Of a stretch of 64,000 bases of DNA, positions 40,146 to 54,000 are shown in pieces (the first letter of the stretch is position 1; each line of letters starts with the position of its first letter). Source of the DNA: Octopus vulgaris (lineage: Eukaryota); the NCBI GenBank assembly GCA_951406725.2, contig OX597824.1:36146001-36210000 (forward strand), given 5' to 3'. The translations under genes were made by a program, and so were the position numbers. Under the pieces are notes generated by a model that was given only the letters and a program-made list of their open reading frames with translations, ran no database searches and was not told where the DNA came from.

Positions 40146-43100
40146 GTATGTCTATTGTATGTAAGAATATTATAAGAATATAATGTATAGAAATATTTCT
40201 TCTCTATGGCAGTTAATCTAAGTTTTGTAGTAGAATATATATATTTGGTATTTTAACCATAATATATTTTGTTTGGATTCAATTTGTTTGTTTGCATGCA
40301 TGCATAAACACATACACGCACACACACACACACACATACACACACACGCATGCATACAGACTGTCAAAATGAAAATTGCACTTATTCTTTAAAATTCTTA
40401 AAGCCAATTTTCCACCACAACATAAGTACTTCCAAATATTCAATATGGCCACTGTTAAACTTTCTTATTCTGCTGCACCTGATTTATCATCTATTATAGT
40501 TACCAACAATGATTCTAAATTTAAAAGAATATTAATTATTATAATATAATGTTAAACAAGTATGATATTAATTCCAAGTAGGCCAAAAATTATAGATTTA
40601 ATAATAATTGTACCTTTGAATATATTACTTGAAATAGTATTGATTATAATTGTAACTGTCACAAGGGTATAAGTTGTCAAATAAATAATGCTAGTTCTCA
40701 AATTATTTCTCAAACATTTAGACAAGTATAAAAGCGGAGAATTATTATAACCAGAAATAAGGAATAGTTTTTTTGGGTTTTTTTATGCTAGGTCCTATGT
40801 GACTTATTTTTATTGTTCCTGTTCTTATAGATGTTGCTGACAAAATTATTCAATATGCCGTCTATGGTGCTGCCCAAAATCAGTCTTACAACCGACTGGC
40901 TAAATTCACTGATATGTTTGGAAATAGAGTAGCAGGGTCTCAAAATCTTGAGAATTCAATTGGTAAGTACCTTTATTTGTTGCCCGACTAAGCCAAATAA
41001 TTAGGTAAAATTATAACTTGTACCACAAAACAAGTGATAAAGCTTATGGCAAGCCAAGACCACAGTTGTTGTTGTTGTGATTGCTTCAGCTGCTGCTGCT
41101 GTTGTTGTTGTTGTTGTTGTTTCTGTTGCTGCTGCTGCTGCTGATTAAGACAACCTGAAATGAGAAAATCCATAATCCCTTTTACTCTTTTACTTGTTTC
41201 AGTCATTTGACTGTGGCCATGCTGGAGCACCGCCTTTAGTCGAACAAATCGACACAAGGACTTATTCTTTGTAAGCCTAGTACTTATTCTATCGGTCTCT
41301 TTTGTCGAACCGCTAAGTTACGGGGATATAAACACACCAGCATCGGTTGTCAAGCAATGTTGGGGGGACAAACACAGATACACAAACATATACACACACA
41401 TACATACATATATATATACAACGGGCTTCTTTCAGTTTCCGTCTACCAAATCTACTCACAAGGCTTTGGTCGGCCCGAGGCTATAGTAGAAGACACTTGC
41501 CCAAAGTGCCACGCAGTGGGACTGAACCCGGAACCATGTTGTTGGTAAGCAAGCTACTTACCATACAGCCACTGTTGTGCCGAAAACATTCCAATCATAA
41601 CCATTTCATTGGTTACTGTATCAAGGACGCAATTGTCCAAAGTGTCCTTTTTTTGTTTTTATTTCCGAAGGTAAAGTGTAATTTGAAGGAGAATTGGCAG
41701 TTATTTCTAGAAAGTCAAATCCCAACATAGAATGGATTCACTATTAACTCATATACAATACAGTTTCAATCAGTTCTCATCCCAGTACCAGTGTAGAAGT
41801 CAGAAATGTTAAAATTTCTGACAATTTCATCTCTTCTGTTCTTGTCAGTCTATCTGTGAAAGATTTTCTTCATGAAGTCATGTACCTCATCAGACGGCTG
41901 TTTTGGAAAATAAATGTGTGTGTGTGTGTGTGTGTGTGTATAAGACTCATCAAGCCAAGTGAAATTGTAATCATGGCTGATGCTGGTGTCACGTATCTGG
42001 CACTCATGCTGTTGACACATAAAAGCACCCATTACACCCTTGGAGTGGTTTGCATTAGGAAGGGCATCCAGCTATAGAAACCATACCAAATAAGACTGGA
42101 ACCTGGTGCAGCTCTCAAGTTTACCAGTTCCACTCAAACCATCTAACCCATACCATCATGGAAAGCAGATGCTAACTGCTGCTGCTGCTGATATATACAC
42201 ACACATATATACATATACACACATACGCATACATGTGTGTGTGTGTGTATATAAACTTGTGTGTACATACACACACATTTTTATTGAGCAGAGTTGCATC
42301 AAGAAATACAGCAGTCTTAAAAACCGAAAACCAAATCAATGATTTCATTTTTATGTATGCAATGAAATTGATATTTGGTGGAATTTAATTAGTTTCATAT
42401 TTAATTTCTTTACAGATTACATTCTTCATAGTATGATGTCTGAAGGATTAGAAAATGTCCATGGAGAACACGTAAAGGTAAGGTAATTGAAAAGGATTCA
42501 TTAAGAAAAAAATTACTTTTTTATATCCAAGGAAGCAATTTTCACCATTCATCAGTATATGATATAGCAATGTTTCCAAGAAGTTTGGTAAATTTCCTGC
42601 AATTTTCAATTCAAGTCCTGACTAGTAAAAATGAGTGTGAGAAGGCGATGAGTGACAGAAATATTGGAGTGTCATATTAAATACTAGCTGGCCCTGTGCC
42701 GTAAAAAATGATGGTTAATTGTAGTATTTTATATATAAATATGGATGGTAAATCAAATTAATACACCTGTCAATGTTATCTAGTGGTTTGTCTTTTGAGA
42801 TGTGACATCGATCATCGTTTGTTACTGAAAGAATGCTGGTTCGCATACAAACATTCACATATTTCCCTTGTACATGCACACAGATATACTCACAAAGAGT
42901 TGAAACACTGTTTGATTTTTCTTTTCAGTGTTGACTCTTCACCATCCCACTTTCATTATACATACACACACACAAACATTCACATACCTCTCTTTTACAT
43001 ACACACACATACTCACACTGAGTTGAAACACTCCCACTACCAGTTTGCTATCATCCCTTTCTTCATTATTCATCTATCACCCCTTCCTTTCTCATTCATA

Positions 43101-46100
43101 TGTTGTGACAGAGAAAAACACATGATTATTATTATAGTAGATGTCATAGTATTTAGTTTGTATTTCTATGTTTTCTGGATTCTATCCACATTGGGAGCAA
43201 CATTGCTTTTTATTTCTGCAAAGAGGATGAAACAAGTACTAGTAATACAGGGTAATCTGTTTATTCAGTTATACTTAACTCATTTAAAAGTACAGTTTTA
43301 TGCTAGAGTGAAAATTAAAATATTATTTGTATTTATTATTTTCTCTTGCACCAATTATATTTTCTGAAAGATTGAAAAAACAGTGTTAGCACAATTCATG
43401 GAAGTTTTCTGACAGGAGTTACTTTGAAAACATTTAACCAAAGAGCCTGGGGTATATGTGGAGAGAGTGGAAATGCTTTAATTGACTACTCAAAGGATAA
43501 GGTCTAACCTAAAGTGGAATGGGGACCTAGTGTATCATTACCTTTCTGTGACTGTGGAACAGTCCAACTCTGAGTCTCCTTCTGGTTTGACCATTATTGA
43601 TGGATTCCTTTGTTGTTTGAAAGATTTGAAAAACGATGTAAAAATGGCACAAGATTGTGTTAAAGAATGAAAAGAATATAGACAAAACAAATGATAAAAA
43701 AAATGAAGACATAGGAAAAAGTTACTTCTATTTGACAGTGAGGTTCCTCTTACTGCCACTGAAAAGAGTATGACATCAGCCTTTGGAACTATTCCCCTTA
43801 GAGTTAAGGATTTGGTACCCTTTCAGGTTAACCTCCTTGAGATTCTTTGATAAGACTAATAACTTACATGAATTTAGCAATGATATATATATAACCAACT
43901 GCTTCTCAACAACATCATTAGCTTGTACCAGTAAACTAACCATAAGACATGTAACCTGATAAATGAAGAAACTAAGGCTACCATAAAAAATATTAATATA
44001 GCTCCGTGCCGGTGGCACGTAAAATGCACCAATCCGACCGTGGCCGTTGCCAGCCTCGCCTGGCACCTGTGCAGGTGGCACGTAAAAAGCACCTACTACA
44101 CTCACGGAGTGATTGGCATTAGGAAAGGCATCCAGCTGTAGAAACACTGCCAGATAAGACTGGAGCCTGGTGCAGCCTTCTGACTTCCCAGATCCCCGGT
44201 CGAACCGTCCAACCCATGCTAGCATGGAGAACGGACGTTAAATGATGATGATGATGATGATGATCAGTGGTTCTCAACTGGGGTCCATATAAAATTCCAG
44301 AGGGTTGAAACAAGCAAAATAGTAAATTGGAGATCTACAGTAGTATTTTAGGGGTCCATGAGAAATTTTTCTTTAGATGTATTTATTGCAAGAAATAACT
44401 TGGTTTCTTTCTCTCACATTTTGCATAGTTCAATATGTCTCCATCCATTGAAAAATGTTCCCTCAGAGAGTTCTGTTGCAAACCTATACAAGTGAATGAA
44501 TGCAAAATAAAATAGGAATTTTGAAAGAAGTATCTATAAAGTTAGTTTTCATACATTGAATGGCTATGGGGATCTGTCAGAGTAAAACAGTAATCAAAGA
44601 GATCCATAGGTAAAAAAAAAAAAAATTGTTGATAACCCCTGATATAGATAAAGAGTTGCATGTTTAGCTGAAAAATGTGAAGCATTTATAACATTAAAAG
44701 GTCACAAGGCCAACTGCAGAAACAGACCAAGTTATAGATTCACCCTTTAGTATTTAAACCAGCCATATCAGTCTTCCTCTTTTATATTCAAACCAAACCA
44801 GATCTGGCCTCTCACACCTACTCTAAAATATCGTCCTTAAAATAAACAATAACATCATCAGTATCTCACATTTACAAGATGATTTACAATTAATTTAAAG
44901 CAATGTGAATAAATAAGCATTGCATTTTATAGAGTAATCTGATGCTAAAGGGTTAATAAACACCACTAGCATTAAGTTAGGACTAATCAATGAAATATAT
45001 TCAGTGATATTAAAATTAGGAAGGGTGCCATCCTACAAAAATGGAACAACAGTACCACAACAAAATAAGGGTTCAGTGCTATTTCCAATAAGTCACAAGT
45101 TATGTACATCCAATCTCATAGTTTTGATATTTTACTTTTCAATATTCAGATCCTGATTAATTAAGACAGCAAAGTTCACATGTAATTGCATCAGCACTGA
45201 AGGATCAGTCATAGAACTAATTGCACACATGCCCTGCTCTGTGAACATGGGTTGGCTTGAGTAAAAATATCTGATCCTGCTGTCCTTTTTGATGTCTCAA
45301 TGAGTCTCAGAGTCCTGCTAGCTATGAAACATATGTAGCCTGGATTTTATATACTCCATTCCCTAAATTTGGATATATATATATGTGTGTGTGTGTGTGT
45401 GTAATTCTATAATTGTAACCTTTATTTTGTATTTATTGTCGTTATTTATTTGTTCTATTTCTTTTTTTAAATTCCAGGTACCACGTTGGGTGCGTGGCAA
45501 GGAATCTGCTACTATGCTGGAACCACAATATCACGAAATGGCCATTTTGGGGTTGGGTAGCAGTATAGCTACTCCTAAGAATGGCATCAAGGCAGAAGTA
45601 CTTGTTGTCAACAGTTTTGAAGAATTAAGAAAGAAAGCACAAATGGTAAATGCTTCAGCTTCCTTAAAATTCAAATGTAAATCTACCCAATCAAATGAAA
45701 GGTACAATTCCAAGCCAACCAATCATAAACATTGAGACATTGTGAGAAATGAAATTGCTTCTCTCAGGTTCTCTACACGGTTGCTCAGTCTACTAGAAAT
45801 AATAGCCTAATTTCATTCAAATCACATTGTACTACTGTAAAAAAAGGAAGAATACATTAGAAAATATATCCCAAGATAGACTGTATATGAATATTAAACA
45901 GGGTAGTCATGGTTGGAGTGCATTTATTTGTCTATCTGCTAATCTGGGGATAATCATGGAGTGCATTTATTTGTCTATCTGCTAATCTGGGGATAATCAA
46001 CTGAGGAGTATTCTGTTTGGTCATTCTACCTGCTAAAAACAGCAGGTAGAAACCTCCCTCAAATCACACCTTGCTCTTTAGTTAATGTAGTGTTGCATAT

Positions 46101-48031
46101 TCCTAAAAAGGTAGGATGGTCATGTCTAGCATGCTTTTGACAATATTTCCTGGGTTGACCCTGGGCTAAACAATAATTGTAACACTTGGTTATGAGCAAT
46201 TACTCTTCTGACTGACTTAGTTGCAGAATAACTTGCACTAAGATATTTGTAACATTCAGTTCATAATTGGGCCAACCAAAGCCTTGTGAGTGGATTTGGT
46301 AGGCGGAAACTGAAAGAAGCCTGTTGTATATATGTATATGTGTGTGTGTGTATGTGTGTCTGTGTTTGTCCCCCAACATCACTTGACAACTGATGCTGGT
46401 GTGTTTACATCCCCGTAACTTACGGTTCGGCAAAAGAGACTGATAGAATAAGTACTAGTCTTACAAAGAATAAGTCCTGGGGTCGATTTGCTTGACTAAA
46501 GGCAGTGCTCCAGCATGGCCACAGCCAAATGACTGAATAGCTGAAATGTTTCTAAGCATTTTTCCCAATGTGCTAATGATTCTGCCAAGCTCACTGCCTT
46601 AACTTATTGAAGAAGTGAGAAAATCACTTTGCTTGATTCAGTCGCAGTCACTGCAAAATCTTGGTGGAAACAGAGTATCATATGATAAAACATAGTAGGT
46701 AGGAGGAAATGTGAAGATTAGTCTGATAGGAGAATCAAACACAACAAATGTGATTGCTGAACATCAAGTGTTTCATCTACTGAATCCTATATTGAAGGTG
46801 AGATGAGTACAGCTAAAAACAACAAACTCACAAAAGCTTCTATATGGCTGCTCAGCCTGCAGAAATAGCAGCCAAATTCCTTTAGATTAGATCTTACTAT
46901 CTTAAAAAGGGAAAGATATGCCAGATAGTATAGTCCTGCATATATTGTATGAAAATAAGATGGAATGGTCACAACGGATACATTTTGGCCATAGAATTGC
47001 TTTATCTAAAATATTGTTCAATGAACTCCAGCATAGCTGCAGTCAAGTGACAGAAGCAAGTGAAAGAGTAAAAGAACACCAGCAACAACAGTAACAACAA
47101 CAGAAAAGACACCCTAATAAATATATGCTATTACAATCTAATATGACAGGTCACACAACATTGTTGTTAAATAAAGAAATATTTTCATGCTTTATCAATA
47201 AGAATTGTGCTTGTGCATTAAATCATAAGTTAACACAAGTTTATTGTGACAATAACAGAATATAAATATGTCTGAAATAACTGCACTTGGGAATTGGCCC
47301 ACCAAAGATTGTACGGCTGAAGTTACATTCTAAATTAATGTCCCTTAAGATGTGATTTTTATACTGAAAAATAGATTAATTTTACCAGTATCCTGTTGTC
47401 ACATTGCAGCAATAGGGATTTTGAAATGTATGGAAAAAAAAAAAAAAACTGTGCAGAAATATCATTGAAATGTTTGTTGACTTAAGGAAAAACAAACAAT
47501 TTGTTTAGTGTTATATGGCATTTTTCATTTCTGTAATTTATTTATTCAATTTTTTTATTTATCTGTCATACAACTACTTCAGTTTCAGGATCTTGAAAAA
47601 ACTTCCTTTTCAAATTGCTTTATATTTTGCAGGCTGAAGGTAAAATTGTTGTTTTCAACCAAAAATGGATAAGTTATGGAGAAACAGTTCAATATCGGAC
47701 CCAAGGGGCAAGTGAAGCAGCCAAAGTTGGAGCTTTAGCCTGTCTTATCAGAAGTGTTACACCTTTTTCAATCTATAGTCCTCACACAGGACATCAGGTA
47801 AGTAATACAGTGATAAAACGTAGTTATAAAATGCTGTCATAAACGCTTAAATAGCAGCTGATAAGAAATGATTTAATAAGGTTAAGCATTTAAAATGATT
47901 TGTACTCTATAACATGGGGGTTGACGACAGAAATTTCATTATTTCCTGGAATTTGAGCAGGCATTGGTGTGCTGTTGTGAAGTTTGCTTTACAGGAAATG
48001 ATAAAAAAGCTTATCAGAAACATAGTATATA

Positions 48032-48083
<52 letters not shown>

Positions 48084-51000
48084 TTAAAAAAAGGAGATGT
48101 CGAACACGAGTGGTGATATATAAAAAAGGAAATGAAGAAAATGCTGACAAATAATTGAAGTAATTTAAGTAATTTAATTAGGTGAATGTTCTTTTACCGG
48201 TTGCGCATTTGTTATGCTTATCAAAATATAAAAGAGAGATTAGAGTCTGTCTCTTATATGTGGAAAAAAAGAGGCTCCAGAGTTGTTTTGGATTTGCTTG
48301 GTTTCGCGCCTAAAATTTTGATTGGTCATTATGAAGGGGTCACGTGAATGTTTGAATGGAAGTTGGTGCTGGGGTAAGAAAAAAGGCTCCAGAGAAGTTA
48401 AAATTTGGCTAGTGTCCCGCCTAAAATTTCTTATTGGCCATAATAAAGAGGTCACGTGAATGTTTAGAATTTTCGAAAATAGTGTTGTTGAAACTTCTTA
48501 TTGTTCAGGCTGGTCAGTAGACGTCATGTGGATATTTTAAATAGCTTTTTAGCGCGTAGTTAGGGAGTGTATTTTCCGCTTGACTGGATAAGTAAGTTCG
48601 TTTAGAACAGGGAGAGCTGTATGTATGTATGTGTGCGCGCGCGCGTGTGTGTTTATATGTATGTTGGGGCGCGCGCGTGTATATATGTTTGTGTGTGTGG
48701 GTACAATTTTCAATATTTATAGTTCTGCTGGCCTTGTGCCTGTATCGGGAAGCAACGTATTTGTGTGAAGTCAATATTTACAGCCATTTCCAAAAAATAG
48801 TGTTGGATGTTTTGCACCCGTATTCAATTATGTGTATGTGTGGAACCATATATTTGTGTGTGTCATGGTGTTAATATCTGGGTAAAGGTGTGTGTAGGGT
48901 GTGTGCAGGTGTAAGTGTGTTTGTTGTGGGTTCGTGTTAGGGGCATGTGTTTAGAAGTGGTCTGTATTTATTAATAAGGTGGGATTCCATGGTTATTCGC
49001 TGGGTATGAGTGGCATTGTCTTTAAATTTGTAGAGGGGAAAGATTCTAAAATTGGGATGGAGTTGTGCGGCACAGGTATCAATATGTGCACTAAATGCTA
49101 TTTTTCTATATTCCTGTATTTTTATTTGGGATCTGTGGACAGTCATGCGTTGGCGGAGGCTATTTTTTGTTTGGCCTATGTAGTGTTCATTACAGCCCGA
49201 GCAAGTTAAGACATATACTAGGTTTTCTGATGCGCATGTGAAGTTGTGTTTTACTGTGAAACGTTGTCCTTGTTTAAAAAGGAATTCCGGACCTTCTATT
49301 AGGTTGATGCATATACCACAGTTGGGTCTATTGCATTTGTTTACTGTGGGTTTAGTTGTTGTGGTTGGCAGTACTTTGGCATTTGTTAGGATGGTTTTCA
49401 ATGATTTGGGTTGCCTTTTGCTCTTTATGATTTCGTGTGTTAGGAGGATTTGGTTCATTCTATGGTCCTTTTGTAATATAGGAATGTTCTGGAGGATGGT
49501 GTCAAAAGCTTCATTGTTGAGGGGGTTGTGTGTAGAGATGTATGGTAGAGTATGGGGTTTCGATGTAACAGGTTTAGGGCGTCTAAGTTCCTGCGTGCTG
49601 ATTTTTAGGGCGCGTTGGATCCCATTGTCAATTAGTGACGTGGGGTAATCCCTGCTTGTTAATGTGCCCTTGAGTTCTTGTAGACGTAAGAGACGGGTGT
49701 TTTTATTGGAGACTATAGTGCAAATTCTCTTGGCTAAGTTGTAGGGAATGTTAATTTTAACGTGTCTAGGGTGGCATGAATTGAAAGGGAGGTATTGCTT
49801 GGAGTCTGTGGGCTTGTAGTATATGTCTGTTTCTATTTTTTTGTTGTGAATTTTAATGAGGATGTCGAGGAAGGGAATTTGTTGAGGGCTGTATTCCATT
49901 GTGAAAATAATGTTTGTGTTGAGCCCATTTATAAGAGTGTGAAATTCGTTAAGCTTCTCGACGGTTTCGGGCCAAAGGATGAAGCAGTCATCAAGATATC
50001 TCTTCCAGTTCTTCTCTATGTGTGTGTGGAGAGTGGTGCCAAATTGGTTAAGAACGTTATTATAGAGGGTGATTTCCAGGTATCCCATGACTAAGTTGGC
50101 GTAAGTGGGAGCTGTTTTCGTTCCCATTGCCGTCCCTGATTTCTGTCTGTAGAATTTGTTGTTGAAGGTGAAGAAATTATTCTCTAAGATGAATTTGAGT
50201 CCTTCTAAAATAAATTCCTTTTTGATGCGGTGTGGGAGTTCGTTGGAGTAATTATCCAGCCAGAATTGGATAGCTTCTATTCCTAGGTTGTGGGGGATGT
50301 TGGAGTAAAGATTGACTACATCGAATGTTACTAGCAGGGTTTGTTCAGCAAGAAGTGTATTGGGGAGGTGGTTGAGCATATCTAGATCGTCCCTTATGTA
50401 GCTTTTAATGTGTTTGAGGAACGGCTTGAGAAGGGTATCAATGAAGTTGCTAAGGCGGTGGGTTTCGCAAGCGGGACCTGCTATTATAGGTCTCAATTTG
50501 AGGTCATTTGGTGAGGGGACATTGATTACAGAGTTTGTGGCTTCCTTGCATGCCTTACTTATTAATTCGCTTTTATGAATTTTGGGAATACCGTAGAAGA
50601 GGCTGGTTTTACTAGTGAAATTTGTGATGAAGTTGAATTCTTTGTTAGTGAGTTCTTCTTTGTGGGGGTTGATCAGGGTTTTTAAGTTTCTCATAATTTT
50701 CTGTTGATTGTAGTGTTCAGCCTTTTCGTAATATGTTCCATTTTCCAAGGTGGAGAGTGCTAAGTTGATATAGTATTCTGTCTCCATTAAGACTACTGCA
50801 CTTCCTTTATCGGCCTCTTTAATGGTGATAGATCTTTCATTTTTTAATTTGTTTAATTCTTCCCACTCTTTCTTGTTGAGGTTTGGTTTGGGTTTTGGTT
50901 TGTGTAAGTGTTGGTAGGGGAAGTTTGTAATGTGCTCACAGAATTCGTCTAGGATTTTATTTCTACCTTTTCGTGGGGTGTAGTTGCTTTTATTTCTAGC

Positions 51001-54000
51001 TAGTGACTCATCCTCATTGTGCTGGTCGAATAGTTCCTCACTAAGTCGCAATTTTCTACAAAATTCTGTAATGTCTTCCTTCATTTCGTAGTAGTTTGGA
51101 CGTGGGGGGGTTGGTGTGAATTTCAGACCTTTGGAGAGTAAGTTGAGAAGGTTGGGGTTGGGTTCTGTATTGGTTAAATTGATGACTTTAATTAGTTTAT
51201 GTTTCTCTTCCCTGTCCTGTGTTATTTTGTTTGCCTGTATCTGTGTGCTGTGTCTAAAAAATGGTTGGGGTAGAGGGGTTGTCTGTTGGTGTTAGGAGGT
51301 CCTGTGTGTTTGTTATATTCCTTGTTGTGAAATATGGTTCGGGTTCGTGGTTGTGGATAGAATGGGGTGTTCCTGTATTGCGGGTGTTGGTGTGTGTTTC
51401 TTTGTGTTGTGATGAATTGTGGTGATATGAGTGGCCTGCGTGGGTGCTTGTATCGAGTGGTATGGGTTTGTTGTGTATTGTGAGAGTTGAGAAAGTGAAA
51501 ATTACCTTGTTGTCCCCTCGTGGTGTGGATGTTGTTGTGTCTATCCTGGTAGTGGGATCCTCTTTTATTTGTTAATAAGGTATTCGAGTAGTTGTTGAGT
51601 TGTTGTGTGTAGCGTCTCCTTGAAGAGGGAAATTCGTTAATATAATTCTGGTGGTGAGAGTTTCCAGGGTTCTTGTTCCTCCTTATGGACGTGGGGTAAG
51701 AAGGTACATCTTCAATATGCTGTTTCCTTCTTTTGTTCAAGGTTGGAGGGTTGGTGGAGTAGTTGTGTGGTTGGGTTCCTGGTTTTCCCATTTTTATGAA
51801 CGGGTTATTGGAAGAGTAATCCGTTTTGAAAGTCGATTCATAGTTTAGGAACCAGGCGGCACTTTTTTCCCAGCGTTGTAGGGATTTTAGTTCCTCTTTG
51901 TTGCAGTCATCTTTCCATAACTTGGAGATCTTCTCTATGTGTAGGCTTTCAGCCTTGTTATTTATTACGAGGAGGATCTCTTCATCGATTGTTTTGACTC
52001 TTTCCTCATTTGTTTGGGCCCTTAATTTGAGAAGTTCAATCTCTGTTTTCAGTCTCTCTAATGCCATTCTTTCCCTAAGTCGTCTTTGAGGTTCAGGTTC
52101 ATTGGGAATGGCTTTTAATTGTATTTTGCGGGGAAGAGTTAGAGGAGTAGAGTTCATCCATTTTTCGTATATCTCGGCCTTGTTGTTGTTTCTAATCATT
52201 TTCCAGAAGGAGAACTTTCTGTCTCTGAGGGATTTGTTCCATTCTGGGATTATATGATTTTTCAGTTTGTATGAATCAATTTGACATGGTTCTTCTTTGT
52301 TTTTGGCTGGGTTGGTGGTGGTGAAAAAGGTGTGGATCGTATCACACAGAGTTTGTAGCTTATCGCCGATTTCGGAGGGTTTGTGTCCGGTAATGGTTTC
52401 CTCATTAGTAGAGTCCAATTTGTTGACTAGTACAGAGAGGTTGGTGTTGATGTTTTTGAGTTCCTGTAGGATTTCTTCGTTTAAGTTGATTAGGGTGGTT
52501 TCAGTTTTTGTAGGCATTTTCTGTATCTCGTGCGGGGATATGATATTTAAAAAAAGGAGATGTCGAACACGAGTGGTGATATATAAAAAAGGAAATGAAG
52601 AAAATGCTGACAAATAATTGAAGTAATTTAAGTAATTTAATTAGGTGAATGTTCTTTTACCGGTTGCGCATTTGTTATGCTTATCAAAATATAAAAGAGA
52701 GATTAGAGTCTGTCTCTTATATGTGGAAAAAAAGAGGCTCCAGAGTTGTTTTGGATTTGCTTGGTTTCGCGCCTAAAATTTTGATTGGTCATTATGAAGG
52801 GGTCACGTGAATGTTTGAATGGAAGTTGGTGCTGGGGTAAGAAAAAAGGCTCCAGAGAAGTTAAAATTTGGCTAGTGTCCCGCCTAAAATTTCTTATTGG
52901 CCATAATAAAGAGGTCACGTGAATGTTTAGAATTTTCGAAAATAGTGTTGTTGAAACTTCTTATTGTTCAGGCTGGTCAGTAGACGTCATGTGGATATTT
53001 TAAATAGCTTTTTAGCGCGTAGTTAGGGAGTGTATTTTCCGCTTGACTGGATAAGTAAGTTCGTTTAGAACAGGGAGAGCTGTATGTATGTATGTGTGCG
53101 CGCGCGCGCGCGTGTGTGTTTATATGTATGTTGGGGCGCGCGCGTGTATATATGTTTGTGTGTGTGGGTACAATTTTCAATATTTATAGTTCTGCTGGCC
53201 TTGTGCCTGTATCGGGAAGCAACGTATTTGTGTGAAGTCAATATTTACAGCCATTTCCAAAAAATAGTGTTGGCTGTTTTGCACCCGTATTCAATTATGT
53301 GTATGTGTGGAACCATATATTTGTGTGTGTCATGGTGTTAATATCTGGGTAAAGGTGTGTGTAGGGTGTGTGCAGGTGTAAGTGTGTTTGTTGTGGGTTC
53401 GTGTTAGGGGCATGTGTTTAGAAGTGGTCTGTATTTATTAATAAGGTGGGATTCCATGGTTATTCGCTGGGTATGAGTGGCATTGTCTTTAAATTTGTAG
53501 AGGGGAAAGATTCTAAAATTGGGATGGAGTTGTGCGGCACAGGTATCAATATGTGCACTAAATGCTATTTTTCTATATTCCTGTATTTTTATTTGGGATC
53601 TGTGGACAGTCATGCGTTGGCGGAGGCTATTTTTTGTTTGGCCTATGTAGTGTTCATTACAGCCCGAGCAAGTTAAGACATATACTAGGTTTTCTGATGC
53701 GCATGTGAAGTTGTGTTTTACTGTGAAACGTTGTCCTTGTTTAAAAAGGAATTCCAGACCTTCTATTAGGTTGATGCATATACCACAGTTGGGTCTATTG
53801 CATTTGTTTACTGTGGGTTTAGTTGTTGTGGTTGGCAGTACTTTGGCATTTGTTAGGATGGTTTTCAATGATTTGGGTTGCCTTTTGCTCTTTATGATTT
53901 CGTGTGTTAGGAGGATTTGGTTCATTCTATGGTCCTTTTGTAATATAGGAATGTTCTGGAGGATGGTGTCAAAAGCTTCATTGTTGAGGGGGTTGTGTGT

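Noticed and set aside
40988-41257. Poly-Q ORF on the minus strand
   Set aside because: (CAG/CAA)n microsatellite fused to a SINE tail, antisense within a CPQ intron.
41860-41900. CTGATGA...GAAA on the minus strand (also a CTGATGA at about 31026)
   Set aside because: Stems I and III cannot be formed convincingly; at best decayed hammerheads.
42478-42488. Tandem donors GTAAG-GTAATT after a CPQ exon
   Set aside because: The second donor breaks the frame; a common incidental pattern with no evidence of use.
45913-45998. 43-bp tandem duplication (similar small ones at about 35480-35555 and 2030-2118)
   Set aside because: Ordinary slippage duplications with no evident function.
48240-50094. Short antisense and UTR ORFs within the PLE (repeated in each copy)
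   Set aside because: Shadow ORFs from strand-biased composition; the repetition only reflects duplication of the element.
52518-52613. TTG-initiated N-terminal extension of ORF1 ([10 protein letters not shown]...)
   Set aside because: Non-ATG start in a pyrimidine-rich tail region; the ATG at 52517 is more plausible.
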